DNA from: Thermotogota bacterium
Lineage (GTDB): Bacteria; Thermotogota; Thermotogae; MWEM01
Reading direction: 5' to 3'
DNA: 64,000 nt
NCBI GenBank assembly: GCA_035391225.1
Contig: DAOPKN010000001.1
Location: 119,007-183,006, forward strand
Under the pieces are notes generated by a model. The model did not search any database. It was not told where the DNA came from and was given only the letters and a program-made list of their open reading frames with translations. A program made the position numbers and the translations under genes. Below are positions 9,756-18,080 of the stretch, piece after piece (position 1 is the stretch's first letter; the number at the start of each line of letters is the position of its first letter).

Positions 9756-10780
9756 CCCTTTTTTTCGAAGATTCCCGGGGAGCTTTCTTCCCGTGCAGGA
9801 TCAGCGAGCTGGTCTTTCATCATTGCCTCCACTTGCACCACGATCCTGTCCATGATTTCCTGTAGATCACCGGGAAGGGAGCAACCAGCCGCACGGGCAT
9901 GCCCGCCTCCCCCGAACTGGAATGCAACTTCTGATACATCGAACCATTTCTTGGAGCGGAAGCTCACCCGGACTTTTTCTCCGTCCTGCACGAAAAGGAT
10001 GGCAGTTTCCGATCCCTTCATGGAACGCAGGTCACCTACGAAACCAACGCTATCTTCCGGGCGCGAGCCCGTTTGTTGGAACATGGATTCGGAAAGGTAC
10101 GCGAAAACCAGTAATCCTCCCAAGCGTTGCTGAATCGCTTCGAGCATCAACGACATCAGCTTGAACTCTTCGGGTTTTCGGTTTTCCAGGATCATGCTGG
10201 CGTTTCCATACGCATCCGCGCCTTTTCCCAGTAATGCGGCGGCGTCTTGCATCAGTTTTTGGTCGGTGTTGGAATACTTGAAAAAACCCGAATCGGTTTG
10301 CAGTCCCAACAGGTTCAAGGTTGCATACACGGGATCCAGAAGCACTTCCATCTTTTGTGCCAACCAGAAAACCATTTGGGCAGCCGCAGCGGCCTGGGAA
10401 TCCACCCAGTTGAACGTACCGAATTGCGTGTTCGTGCGGTGGTGATCGATCACGAAGCTTGGGATTTTGTGTAGCAATGGCTCAAACTTTCCCAAGCGAT
10501 CCGGGGAGGAAGCATCCACCACGATCATGGCATCGGGGAACTTTTCGTCCGAAGGTAGGTCTCTCCGAATGGTTTGGATCAAGGGCACTTCGTCCATCAC
10601 TTCGGGGAGTGGGCTATCGATCAACGGAATCGCTTTTTTCCCCAGCCGCCGAAGCATCAGGGTCGTGCTCAAAACCGAACTGATGTCGTCTCCATCCGGA
10701 TCGATATGGCCGATCACGGCGAAGGAGAAATGCTTATGGAAAAAAAGTTGGAAAGCCTCCAGCTTTTCCGGGGGAATCAT
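9752..10780 (-). CDS. nrnA: DHH/DHHA1 phosphoesterase NrnA (nanoRNase / pAp phosphatase)
   Basis: DHH motifs GHIDPDGD, DHH, and DHHA1 GGGH; 342 aa. Confidence 0.85.
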   Translation of the reverse strand: MIPPEKLEAFQLFFHKHFSFAVIGHIDPDGDDISSVLSTTLMLRRLGKKAIPLIDSPLPEVMDEVPLIQTIRRDLPSDEKFPDAMIVVDASSPDRLGKFEPLLHKIPSFVIDHHRTNTQFGTFNWVDSQAAAAAQMVFWLAQKMEVLLDPVYATLNLLGLQTDSGFFKYSNTDQKLMQDAAALLGKGADAYGNASMILENRKPEEFKLMSLMLEAIQQRLGGLLVFAYLSESMFQQTGSRPEDSVGFVGDLRSMKGSETAILFVQDGEKVRVSFRSKKWFDVSEVAFQFGGGGHARAAGCSLPGDLQEIMDRIVVQVEAMMKDQLADPAREESSPGIFEKKG

Positions 10781-11673
10781 TCGGTTTCTCCTTGGCTGGG
10801 GGTAGAAATCCCCTTTCGTTTCTTGTTTTCGTACATGTGTTTGTCCGCCCTTTCCAAGGCGCTTTCGGCGGTATCGTCTGCTTGAAGGAACGTGTGGCCC
10901 ATGCTGACCGAAACGGGAATGGGGAAAGGTACCTGGGACAACTCTTTTTGAAAGCGGGACAAAAAGCCCTCCAGTTCCGCGGGAGAATGGATCAAGGGCA
11001 TGATGACAAATTCGTCCCCACCGTAGCGGAAAACCTTCTCACCCCTGCGAATATGGGATTTCAAGAATTTCCCGAATTGTTCCAACACCTGGTCTCCCAC
11101 CACGTGCCCGTACCGGTCGTTGATCTCCTTGAAATGATCGATATCCATGAACAGCAACGCCAGCTGGTAGCGATGGCGTCGGATATTCTCGAATTGCTCC
11201 TGCATGTATTGAAAGAGGGACTTCTTGTTCCAAAGCCGGGTCAAGAAATCCATGTTTTGGGTTTTTTCGCTCGCCTCGAGTGCTTCCCCCAGGATTTCTT
11301 CGATCACCACGTCGTGGAAAATCATGGCCACTCCTCGGTCTTTGCCTTCTCCATCGTGCAGTTGGGCGGCAAAAAGGCGCACATGCACAAGGTTTCCCGA
11401 AGGGCAAGAAATCCACACATCGATGGCGGCAGCAGGTTGGGGGGTTTTCAACAGCTTCTTGATGTCTTTCCATTGAACAGGATGGGAAAAGGCATCGCTC
11501 ATGGCCAAAACAGAGTCAAATCCTTTGTTCACCAGAAGGGAGGAGTCGATGCCGGTTAAAAAAGAAGCCCAATGGTTCCAAAATTCAATTTTGCCGTCGC
11601 TATCCGCAATGAAAACACCCGTAGGGATTAAGTCGAGTGTTTGCAAGAAATTGTCAAACGCGATCTCTTTCAT
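10777..11673 (-). CDS. PAS-domain diguanylate cyclase (GGDEF)
   Basis: PAS region followed by a GGDEF domain with RYGGDEF active site. Start taken at MKEIAFDNF, which has a GGAAGGA RBS (ORF track extends 90 nt further upstream). Confidence 0.85.
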   Translation of the reverse strand: MKEIAFDNFLQTLDLIPTGVFIADSDGKIEFWNHWASFLTGIDSSLLVNKGFDSVLAMSDAFSHPVQWKDIKKLLKTPQPAAAIDVWISCPSGNLVHVRLFAAQLHDGEGKDRGVAMIFHDVVIEEILGEALEASEKTQNMDFLTRLWNKKSLFQYMQEQFENIRRHRYQLALLFMDIDHFKEINDRYGHVVGDQVLEQFGKFLKSHIRRGEKVFRYGGDEFVIMPLIHSPAELEGFLSRFQKELSQVPFPIPVSVSMGHTFLQADDTAESALERADKHMYENKKRKGISTPSQGETE

Positions 11674-11719
11674 GTGCTTTCCTTCCCCACCCCAGTTCGG
11701 CGGAAATGAATTGAGTCGA

Positions 11720-12997
11720 TTATACCATAAGCCAGCGCATGCCCAGGTAGAGCGTGGCGACACCCAAACCCAGCGCGGTGATCGCTACCCCTTCCTTGAG
11801 GAAAGAGAGGAAGCGAATGCGAGAGCCCGTGTTGGATTCCAACAACCCCACCCCGACCATGTTGGCAGCAGCGCCGCTGATGGTAAGGTTTCCCCCGATG
11901 CATGCTCCCAGGGCAAGTGCCCACCACAATTCCCTTCCATGGGGAACCACGGGCACCAGTTGCTGCACAACGGGAATGAAGACGGTGACGACCGGCACAG
12001 CCCCGATGAACCCTCCGATCAACGCGGAAAGCCAGAGGATCGAAAGGATGAGGATAAAGGGCGAGGAGGACATGCGCACCAGGGCGTTGGCGATGTCGGA
12101 GATAACCCCCACGTCTTCCAGGGCACGCGCAAGCATGAACAGCCCCACGAAGAAGAAAAGGGTGTCCCATTCGATTTCACTGGAAACCTGTTGGAAGTCC
12201 CTTTTCGCGAGGATCATGATAAGCGTTGCGCCGGAAAGGGCAACCAGCGAAGCTTCCAGATGCAGTTCGGAGTGCAACACGAACCCGGCGATCACCCCCA
12301 GGAAGACAGCCACGCCCTTGAAAAAAAGCTTCCGGTCCACGATCGCGCGACCCGGATCGATGGACAGTAACCGCTGCGCCTTGGCTTCCTCAATGTGACG
12401 AAGGCCCGGGTAGCGGAAGCGGAAATACACGATGGTCAGCACCAGCATGGCAATAGAAGGAAGGATCATGATGGCCAGGAAACCCACGAATCCAGTTCCG
12501 GAAGCGCTTCCCACCAGGATGTTCGGGGGATCCCCGATGATGGTGGCCATCCCCCCGATGTTCGCCGCGAAAACCATGGAAAAGATCATCGGAGTAGAGG
12601 GGATGTTGGCGGTGTCCGCGATCAAAAAGGCCACCGGCGCAAACAGTAGGATCGTTGTTACGTTGTCCAGTAAGCTGGAAAAAAGGGCCACGGCAACCAA
12701 CAGGGTGAGGTAAATGCGGTACAGGTTCCCGCGCGAACTCTTCACCACGATCGCGGCGATGTACTCAAAGAGCCCCGTGGATTTCAAGATACCCACCAGA
12801 ACCATCATTCCAATCAGGATGCCGATGGTGTTGAAATCCACGTAACTCCCGATGTTGGAAATGGTCAGACTATCCGAAAGATGGGTGAAACAGGCAAGCA
12901 AACCCATCGCGAAAGCGATGAGGGAACGTTTGAACGACCCGGTGATGATCAAGAAGTACGTGATGAAGAAAATCGTAAGGATGATGATCTTCGCCAT
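11720..12997 (-). CDS. ArsB/NhaD-superfamily (citrate/DASS-like) permease
   Basis: 425 aa, about 10-12 TM segments, duplicated halves typical of the ArsB/NhaD ion transporter superfamily. Confidence 0.75.
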   Translation of the reverse strand: MAKIIILTIFFITYFLIITGSFKRSLIAFAMGLLACFTHLSDSLTISNIGSYVDFNTIGILIGMMVLVGILKSTGLFEYIAAIVVKSSRGNLYRIYLTLLVAVALFSSLLDNVTTILLFAPVAFLIADTANIPSTPMIFSMVFAANIGGMATIIGDPPNILVGSASGTGFVGFLAIMILPSIAMLVLTIVYFRFRYPGLRHIEEAKAQRLLSIDPGRAIVDRKLFFKGVAVFLGVIAGFVLHSELHLEASLVALSGATLIMILAKRDFQQVSSEIEWDTLFFFVGLFMLARALEDVGVISDIANALVRMSSSPFILILSILWLSALIGGFIGAVPVVTVFIPVVQQLVPVVPHGRELWWALALGACIGGNLTISGAAANMVGVGLLESNTGSRIRFLSFLKEGVAITALGLGVATLYLGMRWLMV

Positions 12998-13052
12998 TCA
13001 ATCCCTCCCTCCGATCCAAACGAGAACTTGTTCCTTCGCGTGAAGCAAAGAA

Positions 13053-13478
13053 TCAGAGGGAGTGAATGACACGGGTCACAACTCCCCAAATAATCAAGTC
13101 TTCTTCTTCCCGAACCTGGATCGGAGGAAACTTGTCGTTTTCCGGGGCAAGCCACAGCATACCGCCTTTTCGCAGCAGCCTTTTGACCAGCAAATCGCCA
13201 TTCAGGGCTGCGATGACAACCCTACCCTCCGAAGGGGGTAAAGAGCGGTCCACCACCAGGATGTCGCCATCGTGGATCCCGGCTTCCAACATGGAATCGC
13301 CCGCAACACGCACGAAGTACGTTGCGGGAGGATTTTTCACCAGCTCACGGTTCAGGTCGAGCGTTGCATCCATGCCATCGTCCACGGGCGAGGGAAAACC
13401 CGCTGAAACCTTGGAGGTGGCAACGGGGATTTCCAGCGGATGGCCAATTTCGGGCAAAAAAAACTGGATAACCTTCAT
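13053..13478 (-). CDS. umuD: UmuD-like S24 self-cleaving peptidase (no HTH domain)
   Basis: Only the C-terminal 141 aa of ORF 13053..13994 is protein-like. It carries the cleavage site AG (KVSAGFPSP), the Ser nucleophile in VRVAGDSM and the Lys in LLVKRL, and aligns along its whole length with E. coli UmuD. The upstream part of the ORF is low-complexity shadow sequence. Confidence 0.8.
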   Translation of the reverse strand: MKVIQFFLPEIGHPLEIPVATSKVSAGFPSPVDDGMDATLDLNRELVKNPPATYFVRVAGDSMLEAGIHDGDILVVDRSLPPSEGRVVIAALNGDLLVKRLLRKGGMLWLAPENDKFPPIQVREEEDLIIWGVVTRVIHSL

Positions 13479-13568
13479 GCTTTCCGTCCTTTTCTGGTTT
13501 TCCACCAAGTATATCACATGGGGCGTTGCCTGTGGTACAATTTTAGCAGAAACAAGGAGGTGCTTTTC

Positions 13569-14522
13569 ATGGATCAACCGATTCGTGTTTCCCCTGAAAT
13601 TGAATCTGCCCTGAACCACAACCAACCCGTGGTGGCGCTCGAGTCCACCGTGATTGCCCAAGGCCTTCCCTACCCGAGGAACCTGGAAGTAGCCCAGAGC
13701 ATGGAACAAACCATTCGCCACCAAGGAGCCATTCCCGCCACGATTGGGATCCTGGAAGGAGTGGTGTACGTTGGCATGAGCCCAAAGCAGGTGGAAACAC
13801 TCGGAGACCCCAAAAACACCGTGCTCAAGGTGGGAGCCGCGGAAATCCCCTTTGCGGTGGGACTGAAAAAAAATGCCGCCACCACGGTCAGCGCCACTTC
13901 GCTTCTGGCCCGCGTGTGTGGAATCCACTGCTTTGCCACCGGTGGGATCGGGGGTGTGCATCGCGGGGTAAGCGAGTCGTATGACGTTTCCCAAGATATC
14001 CAGGTTCTATCCCATACCCCCATCGTGGTGGTGAGTGCAGGAGCAAAATCCATCCTTGATTTGCCCAAGACCTGTGAAAAGCTCGAAAGCGAAGGTATCT
14101 TGGTTTTGGGATACCAAACGAGCCATTTTCCGGCTTTCTACTGCCGCACCTCACCCATTTCCCTTTCCTTTCGCGTGGAAAGCCCTGAGGAAGTGGCGCG
14201 AGTTTTTTGGGCCAAAACGCGCGTGGGAAACCAGGGTGCGCTGCTGGTTGCAAACCCCGTTCCACAGAAAGATGAAATTCCCTATGATCAAGCCGACTCC
14301 TGGATCCGCACGGCCATAGACTCGGCCCACGAAATGGGGTTTGCGGGTAAGGAACTCACACCATTTTTGTTGAAAACCCTGGCGGAGAATTCCGGGGGGA
14401 AAACATTGGAATCCAACATTTCGCTTTTGCTCCACAACGCGTATTTGGCAGCGCAAATCGCCATCGCCATCGGGCACACGCACCCGGAGAATCCCCATGC
14501 CAAAATGGGTTTCGTTCGCTGA
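13569..14522 (+). CDS. psuG: Pseudouridine-5'-phosphate glycosidase
   Basis: Family-typical sequence (GLPYPRN, CFATGGIGGVHRG, VVVSAGAKSILD). Start at MDQPIRV with AAGGAGG RBS 10 nt upstream (ORF track start 13440 is a shadow extension). Confidence 0.9.
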   Translation: MDQPIRVSPEIESALNHNQPVVALESTVIAQGLPYPRNLEVAQSMEQTIRHQGAIPATIGILEGVVYVGMSPKQVETLGDPKNTVLKVGAAEIPFAVGLKKNAATTVSATSLLARVCGIHCFATGGIGGVHRGVSESYDVSQDIQVLSHTPIVVVSAGAKSILDLPKTCEKLESEGILVLGYQTSHFPAFYCRTSPISLSFRVESPEEVARVFWAKTRVGNQGALLVANPVPQKDEIPYDQADSWIRTAIDSAHEMGFAGKELTPFLLKTLAENSGGKTLESNISLLLHNAYLAAQIAIAIGHTHPENPHAKMGFVR

Positions 14523-14524
14523 CC

Positions 14525-15169
14525 ATGGACTGTCCTTTCTGCCAGTTACCCAGGCACAACCCGGAGAAAATCCTGTTTGCAACCCGGCACTTTTTTTGCG
14601 TGGAAGACAAGTACCCGGTGAACCCCGGGCACGTACTGGTGGTTTCCCGAAGGCACGTTCCCACCGTTTTGGAATGCGAGCCGGCCGAATGGAAAGACTT
14701 GGAAGTCGCGCTGCGAAAGGCCAAGGAACACTTGGAGCAAGTGCGTGCGCCTTCCGGGTTCAACGTCGGGTTCAACGTTGGCCAGGATGCGGGCCAAACC
14801 ATTTTCCATGCCCACGTGCACGTGATTTCCAGGTATCCCGGCGATACCGATCCATCCTGCCCCGAACCACTCCGGGTGAAGATCCCACGCTTGGAATACC
14901 TGCGGGACAACGATCTCTTCAAGAAGGTTATTTACTCCGAGGCCATCGAGAAGAGGATCCAGCAAAGGAAAGACCGGCTACCTGCAACCGGTGCGGCCAG
15001 CACGATGGAGCTTCGCAGCGCGTTACTGGATGCAGCGCGTTCCTACCACGAAAACGGGGATAGTGACCAGCTCACCAAGATGCTGGATTTGATCGCCCGT
15101 ATTGCACTGGAGAACGAGGGGGAAGAAGAGGGACAGAACGGTTTTCCCGGCGAATCCGCCAAGCCTTGA
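14525..15169 (+). CDS. HIT-family (histidine triad) nucleotide hydrolase/transferase with acidic C-terminal extension
   Basis: Histidine triad HAHVHVI, N-terminal CPFC Zn motif, then an ~80-aa C-terminal tail not typical of HINT/Fhit. Tandem 12-nt repeat encodes GFNVGFNVG. Confidence 0.8.
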   Translation: MDCPFCQLPRHNPEKILFATRHFFCVEDKYPVNPGHVLVVSRRHVPTVLECEPAEWKDLEVALRKAKEHLEQVRAPSGFNVGFNVGQDAGQTIFHAHVHVISRYPGDTDPSCPEPLRVKIPRLEYLRDNDLFKKVIYSEAIEKRIQQRKDRLPATGAASTMELRSALLDAARSYHENGDSDQLTKMLDLIARIALENEGEEEGQNGFPGESAKP

Positions 15170-15211
15170 CAAACCAAACCTTTTCGTGTAATATATAGCA
15201 CGTTGCACCAG

Positions 15212-15287
15212 GCCCCCATCGTCCAGCGGTCTAGGACATCACCCTTTCAAGGTGGAGACCGGGGTTCGAACCCCCGTGGGGGCGCCA
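15212..15287 (+). tRNA. tRNA-Glu (anticodon TTC)
   Basis: 76 nt cloverleaf; acceptor stem GCCCCCA/TGGGGGC, anticodon loop CTTTCAA, T-loop GGTTCGAAC, encoded CCA. Confidence 0.85.
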
Positions 15288-15301
15288 GGTATTCGAAGCG
15301 T

Positions 15302-15376
15302 GGGCGCGTAGCTCAGCGGGAGAGCGTCTGCCTTACAAGCAGAATGTCGTAGGTTCAAATCCTGCCGCGCCCACCA
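15302..15376 (+). tRNA. tRNA-Val (anticodon TAC)
   Basis: GGGCGCGTAGCTCAGCGGGAGAGC..., anticodon loop CTTACAA, T-loop GGTTCAAATCC, encoded CCA. Confidence 0.85.
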
Positions 15377-15383
15377 GGAACAT

Positions 15384-15459
15384 GCCAAGGTAGCTCAGTC
15401 GGTAGAGCAGTGGACTGAAAATCCTCGTGTCGGCAGTTCAATTCTGCCCCTTGGCACCA
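15384..15459 (+). tRNA. tRNA-Phe (anticodon GAA)
   Basis: GCCAAGGTAGCTCAGTCGGTAGAGC..., anticodon loop CTGAAAA, T-loop GTTCAATTC, encoded CCA. Confidence 0.85.
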
Positions 15460-15490
15460 AAAAAACCCCGGTTTCCCGGGGTTTTTTTCT
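15460..15490. terminator. Bidirectional rho-independent terminator (after tRNA cluster, and after hypothetical gene 15519..16034)
   Basis: A-run, then CCCCGG-TTTC-CCGGGG hairpin, then T-run. Confidence 0.8.
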
Positions 15491-15518
15491 TTTTTCTTTC
15501 CCTTGCTTTCGGAAATGC

Positions 15519-16034
15519 TCAGGGTGCGAACACAAAGAACGGTGGAACAAGTTTTTGGGCCAGGAGCAAGAGCAACAGGCCGTAAAGCGAAGAGGATAAG
15601 CCCAGTATCCAGGCTGCCAGGGCAAACCCGGATTTGACCCGCAAAAAAGCAACAAGCCCCAGGATTACCGAAATGGGGCCAAGGAATAGCGGCAGAAAAA
15701 GGATCGAACACAAGGCCAGGATGACCGCGGCGATCCCGAGTTCGAAAGGAGACATTCCTGCCTTTTCTCCGGGGACGGGCGGTGTACGTTCCGGGGAGGA
15801 ATGCGTTGGGCGCGATTCACTTCTGCGCAGCGCCTGGAAAAAGAGCGCGGGATCATTGGGCGGGACTTTCCCCGAATAGACCCTTTCCACCAAGAAATCC
15901 ACCGTGCCAGTGGGGATGGAAGGGAACATGTTGTAGGCTTTTTGCCGGGTAGAGTACCGACCTTCTCCGTCTTGTTGCGCGCGGCTGACGAAAGCGATCA
16001 AGTCTTTTAGGTTTTCGTTGTTCATCGTTTCCAC
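15519..16034 (-). CDS. Hypothetical membrane protein (DUF4190-like C-terminal TM pair)
   Basis: 171 aa; soluble N-terminal region, Pro-rich linker, two C-terminal TM helices. Extended -10 TGTTATAAT and RBS GGAGGTG upstream on its strand. Confidence 0.5.
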   Translation of the reverse strand: METMNNENLKDLIAFVSRAQQDGEGRYSTRQKAYNMFPSIPTGTVDFLVERVYSGKVPPNDPALFFQALRRSESRPTHSSPERTPPVPGEKAGMSPFELGIAAVILALCSILFLPLFLGPISVILGLVAFLRVKSGFALAAWILGLSSSLYGLLLLLLAQKLVPPFFVFAP

Positions 16035-16140
16035 ATCTTCACCTCCGATTCGAATTATAACATTTTTTTCTTCTGTCTAATTCGCGTTCCGCGTTCTTTC
16101 CCCCAAAAATGTGGTAGAATAATAGCTGGCAGGTGTTTTC

Positions 16141-16989
16141 ATGAAACAGGAACAGAAGACGTGGGATACAGGTTCTGTGATTTTGTGGGCGCAGGAGTAT
16201 TTTTCCCGGAAGCAAATCCCGCAACCTCGTCTCAGCGCAGAACTCCTTTTGGCCCATGCAACGGGCTTGTCCCGCACGGGTTTGTATACACGGTGGGGGG
16301 AAGAAGTTTCCGCACCGAGCCTTTCCACTTTCAAGGAGGGACTCAAGCAGTTGGTTGCCGGGATTCCCCTTGCACACATTACCGGCCACAAGAACTTCAT
16401 GGGCTGGGATTTTTGCGTGGACCAACGTGTGCTGATTCCCCGCCCCGAGACAGAAGAGCTTGTTGAATGGGTGGTGCAGGAGTACAAGGGCTTCTCCCCG
16501 GTGTTCTTCGACTTGGGAACGGGAAGTGGCGTCATCGCGGTATGCTTGGCGCGTTTCTTTCCGGGCTCCCAAGTTCTGGCGACGGATGTTTCCAAACCGG
16601 CCTTGGAGGTAGCACGTGAGAATGCCCGCCGTTTGGGTGTGGAAAAGCAGGTTTGTTTCCAAGAAGCGGATTTCCTGGACATCCCGGAAGAATGGCTGCA
16701 CCAAGTTGATGTGGTGGTCTGCAATCCGCCGTACGTGGCGATTGACGATGCTTGTCTTTGCGCCCAGGTTCGCGAGAACGAACCGCATCTTGCGCTTTTT
16801 GGGGGAGAGGATGGGTTGGCCTTTTTTCGACGGATTCGCGAGAATGCACCCCGGTTGCAGGGTAAAACGTTATTCTGCGAGATGGGTTTCGACCAGAAAG
16901 AAGCGCTGCAAACCCTTTTTCAGGAGTTCTCTCCAACTTTTCAAAGAGATCTCTTTGGAAACTGGCGAATGGTGAAAATTTGTGTTTGA
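16141..16989 (+). CDS. prmC: Release factor glutamine N5-methyltransferase
   Basis: SAM-binding motif DLGTGSGVIA, catalytic NPPY; 282 aa. Extended -10 TGGTAGAAT at about 16115-16123. Confidence 0.88.
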   Translation: MKQEQKTWDTGSVILWAQEYFSRKQIPQPRLSAELLLAHATGLSRTGLYTRWGEEVSAPSLSTFKEGLKQLVAGIPLAHITGHKNFMGWDFCVDQRVLIPRPETEELVEWVVQEYKGFSPVFFDLGTGSGVIAVCLARFFPGSQVLATDVSKPALEVARENARRLGVEKQVCFQEADFLDIPEEWLHQVDVVVCNPPYVAIDDACLCAQVRENEPHLALFGGEDGLAFFRRIRENAPRLQGKTLFCEMGFDQKEALQTLFQEFSPTFQRDLFGNWRMVKICV

Positions 16990-16998
16990 GGTGATGCA

Positions 16999-18060
16999 TT
17001 GACCTTTGAAGGTGGGGCGGATTTCCTTTCGGATTCGCGAATCGTTTCTGCGGTAGATCGTGCGGATGAACCCCAGTTCGCCGTGTTGCGCCCGCGAACC
17101 CTGAACGAGTATATTGGCCAAAAGAAGTTGAAACAGCGGATTCATGTAGCCATCCAGGCGGCGAAGTTGCGCAAGGAACCGCTTGACCATGTTTTACTGG
17201 CAGGACCTCCGGGATTGGGGAAAACAACCTTTGCAAACGTGATTGCCCACGAAATGGAAAGCAACCTACACATCACTTCCGGGCCGGTCATCGAAAAGCA
17301 AGGGGACCTTGCCGCGATTTTGACCAGTCTCGAGGCGGGGGACGTTCTTTTCATCGACGAGATTCACCGCTTGAGCCGAGTGGTGGAAGAGGTTTTGTAT
17401 TCGGCGATGGAAGATTTCTCCCTGGATATTTTGATCGGCAAAGGGCCGGGAGCCCGATCCATACGGATTGACCTGAATCGTTTCACGCTGATTGGTGCCA
17501 CGACGCGCAGTGGATTGCTGACCTCCCCCCTGCGAAATCGCTTTGGCATGGTCATGGAGCTGGATTTTTACCCCGAGGAGGATCTGGTCACCATTATTCA
17601 GCGCTCTGCCAAGATCCTGGGTACGGGGATCCACGAGGAAGCGGCAAAAGTTGCCGCACGCCGTTCCCGGGGAACTCCCCGCGTCGCGAATCGCTTGCTG
17701 AAAAGGATTCGGGATTTTGCCACCGTGGAGGGCAAAGAAACCATCGGTGTACAAGATGCCGAAAAAGCCATGGAGATGTTGGAGATCGACCAATTCGGAT
17801 TGGATTACATGGACCGAAAGATCCTGCGCGTGCTCATCGAGCACTACAACGGGGGCCCTGCGGGGGTACGCGCCATCGCAGCAGCAGTAGGACTGGAGAG
17901 CGATACGATCAGCGAGGTATACGAGCCGTACCTGATCCAGGCGGGTTTCTTGATTCGGAGTCACCGGGGGCGAAGCGTGACACGCAAAAGCTTTGGCCAC
18001 CTTGGATACGCCGTTCCAGAGCATTGGGAAAAGATGCCCCTTTTCCAGGCTGGAGAATAG
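16999..18060 (+). CDS. ruvB: Holliday junction branch migration helicase RuvB
   Basis: AAA+ Walker [10 protein letters not shown], Walker B FIDEIHR, RuvB C-terminal winged helix. TTG start. Confidence 0.95.
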   Translation: MTFEGGADFLSDSRIVSAVDRADEPQFAVLRPRTLNEYIGQKKLKQRIHVAIQAAKLRKEPLDHVLLAGPPGLGKTTFANVIAHEMESNLHITSGPVIEKQGDLAAILTSLEAGDVLFIDEIHRLSRVVEEVLYSAMEDFSLDILIGKGPGARSIRIDLNRFTLIGATTRSGLLTSPLRNRFGMVMELDFYPEEDLVTIIQRSAKILGTGIHEEAAKVAARRSRGTPRVANRLLKRIRDFATVEGKETIGVQDAEKAMEMLEIDQFGLDYMDRKILRVLIEHYNGGPAGVRAIAAAVGLESDTISEVYEPYLIQAGFLIRSHRGRSVTRKSFGHLGYAVPEHWEKMPLFQAGE

Positions 18061-18080
18061 ATTTTTTTCAGGAGGAGCAA

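Noticed and set aside
13479-13568. Possible SOS/LexA box upstream of the UmuD-like gene (CTGTGGTACAATTTTAGCAG)
   Set aside because: Does not fit CTGT-N8-ACAG or the Cheo-box CGAAC-N4-GTTCG; no clear palindrome.
13479-13994. N-terminal 170 aa of the 313-aa ORF 13053..13994
   Set aside because: Gly/His/Arg-rich low-complexity sequence. It overlaps the psuG start region, and homology to UmuD covers only the last 141 aa.
14758-14785. 12-nt tandem repeat GGGTTCAACGTC/GGGTTCAACGTT inside the HIT gene
   Set aside because: In-frame duplication encoding GFNVGFNVG. It is likely a simple slippage duplication and too short to be a regulatory element.
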